64,000 nt of DNA from Patescibacteria group bacterium (lineage in GTDB: Bacteria > Patescibacteriota > WWE3 > UBA101185 > UBA10185), in contig JBHPFT010000001.1 in the NCBI GenBank assembly GCA_042571445.1, forward strand, positions 29,232 to 93,231. The letters are read 5' to 3'. A program made the translations under genes and the position numbers. This document shows, piece after piece, positions 45,945 through 55,887 of the stretch (position 1 is the first letter of the stretch; each line of letters starts with the position of its first letter). Under the pieces are notes generated by a model. The model saw only the letters and a list, made by a program, of their open reading frames with translations, had not been told where the DNA came from and made no database searches.

Positions 45945-47137
45945 AAATATTAAGAATAATTTATGATTGGCCACCACCGTGGCAGGGGCTAGGACCACAT
46001 CCATATGAGCTTACTAAAGCACAGCTACAGCTTGGCCATGAAATTGATATATTATGTGGTAGATGGCCAAAAGCAGGACCAGTAGAAAAGCCCGCAGGAG
46101 TCAAAATGCACCCAATACTAAGAGAACCTTTTAATGGAGCAATCTTTTTTACTAGTTCAGTAATCCTTTTTTTCAAATACTTGTCTTTTAGAAGAAAGAA
46201 TAAGGTAGATATTATCCACTCTCACGGGCATTTTGCTATTTGGATATATCTTTATAGATTTCTTCTTCAAAGATTCTTTCCTTGGTCTAAGGAGCTAAAA
46301 ACTCCATTTGTTGTTCATTTCCACAATATTGCAAAGGATAGATGGGAGAAGATGGAGAAACAAGGAAAGGAGATAAAAAGTATGTCTAAAAAATTTAGTT
46401 GGCCTATGTCTGTTTTCTCGGATAGAAAATCTGTAGAAACCGCTTCTGCCTGTATTTTTGTTAGTGACGAGAATAAAGCCAAGGCTATTGAGCTTTATGG
46501 AGCAGATAAAAGAAGATGTTTTGTTGTTGAGTCGGGAGTAAACTCAACACTTTTTAAAAGGGTTTCTGATATTGAAAGAGAAAAATCGAGAAAGGATCTT
46601 GGATTAGATAGATACGACAAGGTTATATTAAATCATGGTGCTATGGTTGAAAGAAAGAATATTCATCTTTTGGTAGAATCTTTGGAGTTTTTACCTGATG
46701 ATTATAGACTTCTTCTTGTGGGATCTGGTGATAGTGATTATGTATTAAAGCTTAATGAAATAATAAAAGACAAGAAACTTATGAGCAGAGTAATTCAGGT
46801 TGGATACACACCATATCCCCAGACCCCAATTTCATACCAGGTTTCAGATATTTTTGTTTTGCCCTCTTCATGGGAAGGGTTGCCAAAGGTTGTTATGCAA
46901 GGACTTAGTTGTGGGGTACCTTGTTTAGTTTCAGGTTTTAAGCTTTCTGAGGATATAGATGGTCTTTTCTATCTAAAAGATAAAAAACCACAAAGTATCG
47001 CTCAAGAAATTCGAAGAATTCTTAATAGTAATCCCCGCGTTGATATAGATAAAGTTACAATAAATTACTCCTGGCTAAAGCGTGCTGAAGGAGTAGAGAA
47101 AGTTTATGATTTTGCCATTAAAAATTACTTGGTCTAA
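45941..47137 (+). CDS. GT4 glycosyltransferase
   Basis: DIIHSH, ERKN, DIFVLPSSWEGLPKVVMQ. Confidence 0.88.
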   Translation: MKILRIIYDWPPPWQGLGPHPYELTKAQLQLGHEIDILCGRWPKAGPVEKPAGVKMHPILREPFNGAIFFTSSVILFFKYLSFRRKNKVDIIHSHGHFAIWIYLYRFLLQRFFPWSKELKTPFVVHFHNIAKDRWEKMEKQGKEIKSMSKKFSWPMSVFSDRKSVETASACIFVSDENKAKAIELYGADKRRCFVVESGVNSTLFKRVSDIEREKSRKDLGLDRYDKVILNHGAMVERKNIHLLVESLEFLPDDYRLLLVGSGDSDYVLKLNEIIKDKKLMSRVIQVGYTPYPQTPISYQVSDIFVLPSSWEGLPKVVMQGLSCGVPCLVSGFKLSEDIDGLFYLKDKKPQSIAQEIRRILNSNPRVDIDKVTINYSWLKRAEGVEKVYDFAIKNYLV

Positions 47138-48686
47138 AAAAATATACATATATCTCTTATTTATAATTCTTCATTTTTTCTTAATGAATGTGAATACTGC
47201 AGAGTGGGGTGATACCTACAGGATTTTAAGGGGGTCGGAGTTTATTAGAGATAGTTTTTCTTACCCAATAGATGAGAAAAGACCTCCATTATTTTCTCTT
47301 ATTTTGGCAATCAGACCATCGTGTGTTGATCAGGTAGTTTGGGGTAGGGGAGTGATGCTTATTATCAGTCTAGGAGTATTTTATGTTTTTGATAAATTTA
47401 CTGATTTAATTTTTAAAAAAGAAAAAATTAAAAACATTTGTCTATTATTATTTGTTCTAAACCCCGTACTTTTATATTGGTCGTTAAGAGTATACGCAGA
47501 CACTCTTTTTGCCCTTTTGGTTCTGACTTCTTTTTTCTTAATCAAAAAGTGGGAAAAGAAGTTAGACACACGAAAAGTAGTAGTTTTAGGTCTTTTGTCA
47601 GGCCTTTCCATACTCACTAGATATGAAGGATACATTTTGTTTACCTCTATATTCGTTGGAGTCACGTTTTTAGGTGCAGAGGTAGATTTTAAGCTCAAAA
47701 AGGTTTTGAAACTGCTTAGATCTAGGTCTAAAAATCTTATTATTCTAGGTTTAACGACGTTCTTATCAGTACTTCCATATCTTGCGTTTCGTAATCCCCT
47801 AACCTCTCAATATTTCTCTGAACCACAAAGAAGAGTCTACGATACTAAAATGATTTGGGTCTATTTTGTTTCTTTAATATATATATTTGGATTCGTTTAT
47901 GGATTTTTCTTCTTGTTTAAAAAATCTAATGTGGTCATAGATTTTCTTAAAAAGAATGTGGGAATCCTAACATTTCTTGTTATTGAGAGTGTTTTAATTC
48001 TTTTGTGGCCAGCAGCCATTCCCAGACTTTTCGTCCCAATAATACCTTTCTTAGTAGTACTTTTTATGCTTTCCTTTGAAAAGCTTACAAGTTCAGCAAA
48101 GGTGCTTAGTTTTAAAGACTACACACTCCTAGGTTTTCTATTAGGTTTTTATGTTAGTAGTCAGTACTTTCTAAGACTTCAGTTTATGATTCTTAACACA
48201 AAAGTATTTGCTTTTCTTGTTGTTCTACAGCTCGTGATGGTGTTTTTTATGTATAAAAGAAAGTATTTTGTTTTTATCTATCTATCTCTAATCTCATGTA
48301 CTGTATGGTCTCTTGCCACAATCTATTTACATAAGGATATTTACACTGCTGTTAAAGCAGCTTCCATTTATGCAAGAAGAAACATTAAGGGAAATATTGG
48401 ATTTAATGATGTGACGAGTATTTCTGATTGGTATATTAATAACGCCAGTCCATCTTCTGATATTTCTGGATTTTTCTACTCTTTGCACTCTGATGAATCA
48501 GTAGGATATGGAAAACTTACAGATCATAAGATAACTCACCTACTTGTTACAAATGAAGACAGTGTTTCTGTGAACCCAGAGATTGAAAGAAAAAGTTACC
48601 TAAAGTTAGTTAAAGATTTTAGGTATAATATCGGGAGTAGGCATTTTTATGCCAGAGTTTATGAATTTAGAGGAGGTTTTAGATGA
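47106..48686 (+). CDS. GT-C fold membrane glycosyltransferase (PMT_2/ArnT-like)
   Basis: First loop EWGD...KRPPLF, LNP...YADTLF, LTRYEG, many TMs, soluble C-terminal domain. Confidence 0.72.
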   Translation: MILPLKITWSKKIYIYLLFIILHFFLMNVNTAEWGDTYRILRGSEFIRDSFSYPIDEKRPPLFSLILAIRPSCVDQVVWGRGVMLIISLGVFYVFDKFTDLIFKKEKIKNICLLLFVLNPVLLYWSLRVYADTLFALLVLTSFFLIKKWEKKLDTRKVVVLGLLSGLSILTRYEGYILFTSIFVGVTFLGAEVDFKLKKVLKLLRSRSKNLIILGLTTFLSVLPYLAFRNPLTSQYFSEPQRRVYDTKMIWVYFVSLIYIFGFVYGFFFLFKKSNVVIDFLKKNVGILTFLVIESVLILLWPAAIPRLFVPIIPFLVVLFMLSFEKLTSSAKVLSFKDYTLLGFLLGFYVSSQYFLRLQFMILNTKVFAFLVVLQLVMVFFMYKRKYFVFIYLSLISCTVWSLATIYLHKDIYTAVKAASIYARRNIKGNIGFNDVTSISDWYINNASPSSDISGFFYSLHSDESVGYGKLTDHKITHLLVTNEDSVSVNPEIERKSYLKLVKDFRYNIGSRHFYARVYEFRGGFR

Positions 48687-49372
48687 AGTTATCGATAGTT
48701 ATACCTGTTTATAATGAGAAGGATACACTTGAGCAGATTGTTGATTTGGTCAGGGGCGTTGAGGGTATTAATAAGGAAATAGTAATGGTAGATGACGGGT
48801 CTACAGACGGCTCTGTTGAAATCTTAAAGAACTTAAAAGAAAAGTATTTTGATATAAAAGTTATTTATAAAGATAAAAATGCTGGAAAAGGAGATAGTCT
48901 TAGAATGGGATTTGAGCACACTACTGGTGATTACGTAATTATTCAAGATGCAGATTTGGAATACGACCCTCAGGATTACAAGAAATTATTAAAAGTATTA
49001 GAAGAAAAAAACGTAGATGTAGTTTATGGATCTAGATTCAAAGGTAAGTCTGAAGATATGTCTGGACTTCATTACTTCGGTAATAAATTATTAACTTTAA
49101 TAGCAAATTTTTTGTTTGGAGTAGCGCTTACTGACATGGAAACTTGTTATAAACTTATGCCTGGAGACTTCATAAGAAATGTGAAGATAGAAGCCAAAAG
49201 GTTTGACTTTGAACCAGAAATTACAGCGAAAATACTAAAGGCAGGACTTAAGATAAGAGAGGTACCTATTTCATATAAAGGTAGAGGTTTTGATGAAGGC
49301 AAAAAAATTACCTGGAGAGATGGTTTTTCAGCTTTGTATACTTTAATCAAGTACAGATTCTTTAAGAAGTAA
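48683..49372 (+). CDS. GT2, polyprenol-phosphate glycosyltransferase-like
   Basis: IPVYNE, VDDGSTDG, NAGKG, IQDADLEYDP, TDMETCYK, FEPEIT. Confidence 0.9.
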   Translation: MKLSIVIPVYNEKDTLEQIVDLVRGVEGINKEIVMVDDGSTDGSVEILKNLKEKYFDIKVIYKDKNAGKGDSLRMGFEHTTGDYVIIQDADLEYDPQDYKKLLKVLEEKNVDVVYGSRFKGKSEDMSGLHYFGNKLLTLIANFLFGVALTDMETCYKLMPGDFIRNVKIEAKRFDFEPEITAKILKAGLKIREVPISYKGRGFDEGKKITWRDGFSALYTLIKYRFFKK

Positions 49373-49375
49373 CTT

Positions 49376-51433
49376 ATGAAAATAGTAAAGTTTGTTAAGC
49401 AAAACATCTTTTTAATTATTCTTTTTGGTGTCATTTTTATTAATCTTGCTGTTGGTCTTAGAATAAACGTATTTAGATATAATAATTTTGATTTTGGAAA
49501 GTTTGACCTTGGAAATATGACTCAGATGGTTTGGAACACCCTTCATGGAAGACTACTCTATCTCACTGACTACTTTGGAGCAAATCTACCGCGTTGGGCG
49601 ATGAGTCATGTTGATCCAATATTGCTTTTGTTTGTGCCAGTATTCGCAGTTTTCCAACACCCTTTAACTTTGGTCTTTTCTCAGATGGTATTAATAGTTT
49701 TTTCTTCTCTTATTGTTTATAAGGTAGCTTTACTTGAGCTAGAATCTAGGTTTGCAGCAGGTATCCTTGGCATCGCTTTTCTTTTCTACCCAGCTATTGG
49801 GTATATCAATTCTCAAACGGGTTTTCATGGAGTATCCGTTGTAATTCCCTTTTTTCTAGGAGCATTTTACATTTTTGAATTAATGCACAAGACTCAAAAC
49901 TTCTCAAAAAAGAATCTTACTATCTTTTGGATACTCCTTGTTTTGACAATGTCGGGAAAAGAGCAAATTCCTCTATATATTTTTATGCACGGTTTATTTA
50001 TTTTTCTTTGTAGGAAGGGTGAAAAAGCTAAAAAGATAAGTATTCAGATGATGGGTGTGAGTTTAATTTGGTTTGTTGTGGCTTTTTTTGTAATTATTCC
50101 AAGATTTGCACATCACAGAGTTGCAGGATACGAGAAATTTTCTAAGTCTATAGGTGTGGAAGTAGATCCAAATAGAGATGTAGCTTTGCCAAACTATTTT
50201 TTGAGTAGATATGACGCGTTTGGAGACTCATACTCTGATGTTGTTGTAAATGTGTTGTTAGACCATAGAAAGGCAATAAAAGTCATTTTTGGAGGAGAAA
50301 GGCCAGAAAATCTTCAAAGAACCTTCACTCCTGTACTTTTTTTACCTCTTCTTCACCCAGGAACCTTTATGATGGCTGTTCCTGATATGGCAATAAACTA
50401 TTTAACTTCAGCAGGGGGAATTGGTACAGCTGAGATAGAAAACCATAGAATATCAATGATTATTCCAGTTTTGTTTATTTCCACTATTTTTACGATCTCC
50501 TTTTTCAGTAAAAATCTTAATAAGATAAGTAAATGGATTAAGATAGTCTTACCCACAGCGGTGCTAGTATCCTGCGTTATTACGGCCTTTAAGTACAATA
50601 GCCCTATTTACCTATGGTTAGAACAGGCTATTAGAAAAAGAGTACTTGCAGATTATGAGAAAGACCCACTTAAGGAGGATTTAAAGATTGGTGGAGTTGT
50701 TAAGATCTCTGACTTAGAAAATAAAGATATTTTGTGTGCACAAGCTATGGTAAATACGATTCCAGACGGTGCTTCGGTTTCTGGCCCAGACTTTTTAGGA
50801 GCACACTTGAGTATGAGAGAAACTTACGCTATCTTTCCTGCTTTGTGGAATAGTGCAGATTACGTAATCGTTGACGTCTTTTCTAGAAAGATTCTTACTA
50901 TCCTAGACTTAGATACAAACATTGTAAGAGATGTTGTTGGGGATTTAATAAAAAGTGAGAATTATAAGTTGATGACAGGGTGTGGGAACCTTTTCCTGTT
51001 TGAAAGAGTAGGCTCATATGAAAAAGAAGAGATTTTACCACTTCAAGAGAGATACCTTTATCCTGAGAAGTATGATTATGAAATTTACTCAAACCTAAAT
51101 GTTGTTGATTTTAATATTCCAAGAGAGATCTCAAGGGGAACTCTCTCACGAGCTAGGATAGTTTATGGAAAAAGAACAAATGAGTCGCTTGATGGATATG
51201 TTTTGTATATGACATATGTAAATTCTGAAACTGGAGAGGTGTATCAGGCTGCAAATCTACCCTCTTTTGCCATAACCAGACCAGAGTCTTGGACCAAAAG
51301 CCGTTACTATATTGAAGACATTGATATTGCGTTTCCAAAGTATTTAAAACCTGGAACATACAGAGCATTTATTAGTATGAGTAATAAAGTAAAGATCAGA
51401 AGCGTGTACCTTTCTGATATTGAGGTAAATTAG
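49376..51433 (+). CDS. DUF2079-like GT-C membrane protein with extracytoplasmic C-terminal domain
   Basis: FDLGNMTQMVWNTLHG, SHVDPILL, FH, KE motifs; multi-TM; beta-rich tail (PGTYRAFI). Confidence 0.75.
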   Translation: MKIVKFVKQNIFLIILFGVIFINLAVGLRINVFRYNNFDFGKFDLGNMTQMVWNTLHGRLLYLTDYFGANLPRWAMSHVDPILLLFVPVFAVFQHPLTLVFSQMVLIVFSSLIVYKVALLELESRFAAGILGIAFLFYPAIGYINSQTGFHGVSVVIPFFLGAFYIFELMHKTQNFSKKNLTIFWILLVLTMSGKEQIPLYIFMHGLFIFLCRKGEKAKKISIQMMGVSLIWFVVAFFVIIPRFAHHRVAGYEKFSKSIGVEVDPNRDVALPNYFLSRYDAFGDSYSDVVVNVLLDHRKAIKVIFGGERPENLQRTFTPVLFLPLLHPGTFMMAVPDMAINYLTSAGGIGTAEIENHRISMIIPVLFISTIFTISFFSKNLNKISKWIKIVLPTAVLVSCVITAFKYNSPIYLWLEQAIRKRVLADYEKDPLKEDLKIGGVVKISDLENKDILCAQAMVNTIPDGASVSGPDFLGAHLSMRETYAIFPALWNSADYVIVDVFSRKILTILDLDTNIVRDVVGDLIKSENYKLMTGCGNLFLFERVGSYEKEEILPLQERYLYPEKYDYEIYSNLNVVDFNIPREISRGTLSRARIVYGKRTNESLDGYVLYMTYVNSETGEVYQAANLPSFAITRPESWTKSRYYIEDIDIAFPKYLKPGTYRAFISMSNKVKIRSVYLSDIEVN

Positions 51434-51447
51434 GGTAACATTTAAGT

Positions 51448-52911
51448 ATGAGAGACTTAGTTAAATGGCAAGTAGTGAGTTTCACTTCAAGAATGTTGGC
51501 AATGGCTCTTGGCTTGGTCCAGACCTTTGTTATCATTCGAATTTTAAGCGTAGGTGAATGGGGGCTTGTTCAGCTTGCAGTGTCTATTGGAGGAGCACTT
51601 GGTATTTATCAACACCTAGGACTTGCATCAGCTAGTACAAGGGAAATCTCTTCAGCAAAGGATAAAAAGCAGATCACTAAGATATTTGTAACCTCTGCTT
51701 TTGTTAGATATTGTGTAACCCTACCATTAGCGGTAGGTCTTTTCTTTCTTTCTAAACACATTGCACTTAATCTATATAAGAATTCTGATCTAATATTTCC
51801 ACTCAGGGTTTATGCAGTTTCTCTTATATTTCAAGGTATCCAAAGTATTCTTAACTCCGTAATTTCAGGAACAAAGAGATTCAAAGAGTTATTTATTTAT
51901 CAAGTAGCTATAGCGGGTGTAAGTGTTGGTTTATATATTCCTCTTGTGTATTTCTTTAAAGTTAGTGGATTTTTCTATGCATTTTTAGCCTTTAATATTA
52001 TTTCTTCTATAGCTTTATCTGTTGTTGCTTTTAGACCATTTAAAGGTAAGTTTGTGTTCCCTAATAGGAAAGAGTTTATAGTACTTCTCAAGGAGATATT
52101 TTCCATCAGTATCGCTATATATGTAGTAAAAATCATTTATACTAACTGGGAAAAGCTCGGAAGTAATTTCTTAGGTCTTTCTAATTCACCAGAAGTTGTA
52201 GCTATATATGCTTTTGCACTCTTGTATGCTAAAAAACTCATGAATATATCAGATTCTGTAACAGCAGTTAACCTGCCTGTTTTATCTGAGAAGTACTCGA
52301 AAGATATAAAGGAGTTTAGGATGACTTTTTCAGAAAACTTTAACAAGGTATTCTCCCTTATTGTATTCATTGGTGCTTTTGCCTCATATTTTGCACCTAT
52401 TGCAATAAGAGTTTTAGTGGGAAGTGATAAGTACGATGCGTCCTTGCCTTTAATTGCTCCTATGGTGTTAGCTTTTATGATGTACTCATTTATAAACATC
52501 TTTAATTCTTCTGTGATGATTCCTGCAAAACTTTCTAAATCTATGGTTCTTAGTTATGGCCTTTTAATTATTGGATCAGGGGCATTTTTTGGAGTAACTT
52601 TTAAATTTATGGAGTTACTCCCTGCTGTAGCTTGGGGAATGGCTTTTGGTGGTATTGTTTCATTTTTTGCCATGAATATGATTATAAAAAAGAAACTTAT
52701 GTCTGTGTTTTTCCATACTGATCACACTATGGTTTTGATCCAGGCATTTAGTATTGCTTGGTTATGTGTAGTCGAAAACGTTGTTGTTAAAGGATTTGCA
52801 TTTGTTCCTTTCGCATTTTTATTAGGCTGGTCCTTTTTTATCTCAGGATTTATTAAGAAAAGTGATGTTTTGTACATTAGATCTAAAATAAAGTTATCCA
52901 GGAAGAAATGA
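51448..52911 (+). CDS. Wzx/MOP-family oligosaccharide flippase
   Basis: RILSVGEWG, HLGLASASTREIS, VAIYAFA, LPVLSE; about 14 TMs. Confidence 0.82.
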   Translation: MRDLVKWQVVSFTSRMLAMALGLVQTFVIIRILSVGEWGLVQLAVSIGGALGIYQHLGLASASTREISSAKDKKQITKIFVTSAFVRYCVTLPLAVGLFFLSKHIALNLYKNSDLIFPLRVYAVSLIFQGIQSILNSVISGTKRFKELFIYQVAIAGVSVGLYIPLVYFFKVSGFFYAFLAFNIISSIALSVVAFRPFKGKFVFPNRKEFIVLLKEIFSISIAIYVVKIIYTNWEKLGSNFLGLSNSPEVVAIYAFALLYAKKLMNISDSVTAVNLPVLSEKYSKDIKEFRMTFSENFNKVFSLIVFIGAFASYFAPIAIRVLVGSDKYDASLPLIAPMVLAFMMYSFINIFNSSVMIPAKLSKSMVLSYGLLIIGSGAFFGVTFKFMELLPAVAWGMAFGGIVSFFAMNMIIKKKLMSVFFHTDHTMVLIQAFSIAWLCVVENVVVKGFAFVPFAFLLGWSFFISGFIKKSDVLYIRSKIKLSRKK

Positions 52912-54428
52912 AAAAAAGAACAAAAACCCTTTTGATAGGTCTTTTTATCCTGGCCTTTCTTGGGACTCGTATTCCAAGGCTTGCAAAAGATGTAATAAAT
53001 CCAGATGGAGTTAATTGGCATTACAGATCTCAACAGTTTGTAGTAGGTTTAAAGACATTTGATTTTAAAAAAACATATCAACACTATCATCCCGGAGTTA
53101 CTCTAATGTGGATTAGTGGAATACCTATTGAAATATATAAGCAAGTTACTAATACACCGCACTACGATGTTAGAAATTTTCAAGTATTTGATACTGTGGC
53201 CAAAATATCTGTTGTAGTTTCCCAGCTTATTCTTTCGTTTATTGTTTTATGTCTTTTAGATAAGATTATTGGGTTTGAAAGAGCCTTTTTAACGCTAAGT
53301 TTATTCACTTTTGAACCATTCGTTGTGGGAAACTCACGACTTTACCACATGGATATACTAGTAACCCTAATATTGTTTATTGGACTTCTCTATTCATTCA
53401 TTAATTTAAGGGAATCTAGTATAAAAGTGAGTGTTCTATCTGGATTATTTCTGGCTTTAGCATTTTTAACTAAAAGCATTGCTATTGGTGGAGTAGTTTA
53501 CGTTCTAATTTATATGTTAGTTACAAAAATGGAAAAGAAATATCTTGGAGTTGTTTTACTAGCTTTTTTTGTTTTTACCTTTTTTTTGTTCCCAGCACTT
53601 TGGAAAGATCCAATCTACTTTTTAGGAGAAATATTTAGAGAAGGAGAAAGAGTAGGTATAAGAAAAGGTCACGGACAGATTCTTTTTGGAGAATACACAA
53701 GAAACGCTGGAGTGTTTTTTTATCCCCTGGTTTTACTCATGAAGGTTTCCCCCCTTGTGTTAATTGGAGTAATTCTGTTTAAGGTAGTATCTTTAGATAG
53801 TTTCAAGAAGTTATTTAGGAGCACAAAAGAGAAGTTACACAACTTAACTGTATTTCTAGGTATTTTTTATCTTGGGTACATCGGTGTAATGACACTTCCC
53901 TCTAAAAAGATAGATAGATATATGTTAGTTGTTTATCCATTTCTAGCATATGTTGCAGCAATAGGGTTTAGTAAGGTTTTTAATAGGCTTAAAAATAAGA
54001 CTATTTTCTTAGTATTGTCAGGAGTTTCAGTAGCTATTTTTTGGATTTTTCCTTTAATAAAACTCTTTCCATACTACTTTACATATACAAGTCCAGTATT
54101 TGGAAGTGCGGAACGTGCAAATAGCGTTATTGCTCAAAAACCTTTTGGAGTTGGAACTTATGATTTGAAGTATCATATTATTGAAAAGTATGGAGAAGAG
54201 ATAAAACTTGGGTTTATAGATACTAAACCTATGAAGTCTACCTACTCTAACTCAAAAGTATTTGATGTTAGAGTATCTGGTACCAGTGATTATGATCTAT
54301 TAGTATTAGGAGTTAACGAGGAAATTCCTGAGAAGGTACTTCAAAGTGATAACACCTTTGAGAAAGATTCATCTTTATGGATTAATGGACTTGAGTATTG
54401 GAGGATCTATGTCAAAAAAGAAAATTAA
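52908..54428 (+). CDS. GT-C fold membrane glycosyltransferase (paralog of 55874)
   Basis: NPDG..W, HPGVTLMW, FEPF...RLYHMD, LTK, SKKIDRY. Confidence 0.78.
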   Translation: MKKRTKTLLIGLFILAFLGTRIPRLAKDVINPDGVNWHYRSQQFVVGLKTFDFKKTYQHYHPGVTLMWISGIPIEIYKQVTNTPHYDVRNFQVFDTVAKISVVVSQLILSFIVLCLLDKIIGFERAFLTLSLFTFEPFVVGNSRLYHMDILVTLILFIGLLYSFINLRESSIKVSVLSGLFLALAFLTKSIAIGGVVYVLIYMLVTKMEKKYLGVVLLAFFVFTFFLFPALWKDPIYFLGEIFREGERVGIRKGHGQILFGEYTRNAGVFFYPLVLLMKVSPLVLIGVILFKVVSLDSFKKLFRSTKEKLHNLTVFLGIFYLGYIGVMTLPSKKIDRYMLVVYPFLAYVAAIGFSKVFNRLKNKTIFLVLSGVSVAIFWIFPLIKLFPYYFTYTSPVFGSAERANSVIAQKPFGVGTYDLKYHIIEKYGEEIKLGFIDTKPMKSTYSNSKVFDVRVSGTSDYDLLVLGVNEEIPEKVLQSDNTFEKDSSLWINGLEYWRIYVKKEN

Positions 54429-55887
54429 TATACTAGCTCTAATAGTTTTTATAGCACTTCTTTTTCGTTTGATGGGTATAAAGCATGGATTTCCCTTCAT
54501 TTTTCATCCAGATGAGCCAACTATTGTTAGGTCAGCTCTTGGAGTGAGATTTTATCCTAATCCAGGGCACTTCGACTGGCCACATCTATACATTTACCTT
54601 AACTACTTCTTATATATGATCTTTGCTAGGGTAAGAAATATTGCAGGAAGCTTAGGTTTAAGAGAAATAATTCCAATTTTGTGGGATGAGTCGGTAATTT
54701 TTTATCTTCTAACTAGGTGTTTTACTGCAATTTTAGGAGCTCTCACAACTATTCCAGTATATTTATCAGCAAAGAAGTTATTTAGTAAGAAGGTGGCTAT
54801 TGTTTCTGCTTTAGGGTTTGCATGTTTACCTTTTCATATTTGGCATTCACACTATTCTTTGTCTGATGCCCCTATGGTATTTATGCTTTCGTGGGCAATG
54901 TACTTTGGAGTAAAAATATACAAAGAAGGAAAATTAATTGATTATATTTTAGCGGGTCTTTTTGTAGGATTATCTGCATCCACAAAATATAATGGAGGAC
55001 TCTCTGCCTTAGTAATACCCCTTGCTTACATTCTAAGAAAAATACAAAATAAAAAGCCCATAATTGAGTGGAGGGAGATACAACGAATTGTAATTTCTGG
55101 GATAGTTTCCATCGCTGGATTTATTTTAGGTACGCCGTATTCTGTATTGGACTTTGCTACATTTACTCGAACAGATGGGCCAAAAGGAGCTTTGTGGCAG
55201 TTTAAAAATGTTGGATCAGTTAGTTTTCCAGAACATATAATTAAATTCTTTTCGGATTTGGAAACAAAACTTCCAGATGATCTAGGTTACACAGTGTTGG
55301 CTTTGTTTGTTGCTTGTTGGATAGTTGTTGTTTTAAAGATTATTAAAAAGAAGGTGACTGAGGAGTATTTTTCTCTCTTACTCTTTCTAATTCCTCCACT
55401 TTTATATATTTGGTATATCTCGGGCTTTGAAAAGAGTAGATCTCACTACTATATGATTTCTTACCCATTCATAGCAGTGGTGTTTGGTCACTTTGTTTTG
55501 TCTCTTTCAAACTTTTTTAAGAACAAAAAACTGGGGTTGTATCTTTCAGTGTTGATGGTGGTTGCTCCAATGATCTTTTCTATCAAAAATACCTATACAT
55601 TTATTAGAGGAGACACAAGAAACGATCTAAAAGAGTGGTTAGTATCTAGTTTAGAGCCCGGTGAGCCAATAATATATAACGACAGGAAGGCAGAGGATGT
55701 AATTAATCATCTTGGAGCACCGAAATACAAGGGTCTTTCGTACATGGGAGAGTTGGAAAGGGCAATGGTGATAATAATTAACCCAAACGAGATAAGTGTT
55801 CCAGAGAATTTAAGTGAGGAACATTATATTGGAAACAAACTTAGGCTGGGTCCTGAGATAAAGGTGTATAGATATGAAACTAATTAA
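54409..55887 (+). CDS. GT-C fold membrane glycosyltransferase (PMT/ArnT-like)
   Basis: FHPDEP first-loop DE motif, FDWPHL, SHYSLSD, STKYNG, GTPY; SD GGAGGA supports ATG 54409. Confidence 0.8.
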   Translation: MSKKKINILALIVFIALLFRLMGIKHGFPFIFHPDEPTIVRSALGVRFYPNPGHFDWPHLYIYLNYFLYMIFARVRNIAGSLGLREIIPILWDESVIFYLLTRCFTAILGALTTIPVYLSAKKLFSKKVAIVSALGFACLPFHIWHSHYSLSDAPMVFMLSWAMYFGVKIYKEGKLIDYILAGLFVGLSASTKYNGGLSALVIPLAYILRKIQNKKPIIEWREIQRIVISGIVSIAGFILGTPYSVLDFATFTRTDGPKGALWQFKNVGSVSFPEHIIKFFSDLETKLPDDLGYTVLALFVACWIVVVLKIIKKKVTEEYFSLLLFLIPPLLYIWYISGFEKSRSHYYMISYPFIAVVFGHFVLSLSNFFKNKKLGLYLSVLMVVAPMIFSIKNTYTFIRGDTRNDLKEWLVSSLEPGEPIIYNDRKAEDVINHLGAPKYKGLSYMGELERAMVIIINPNEISVPENLSEEHYIGNKLRLGPEIKVYRYETN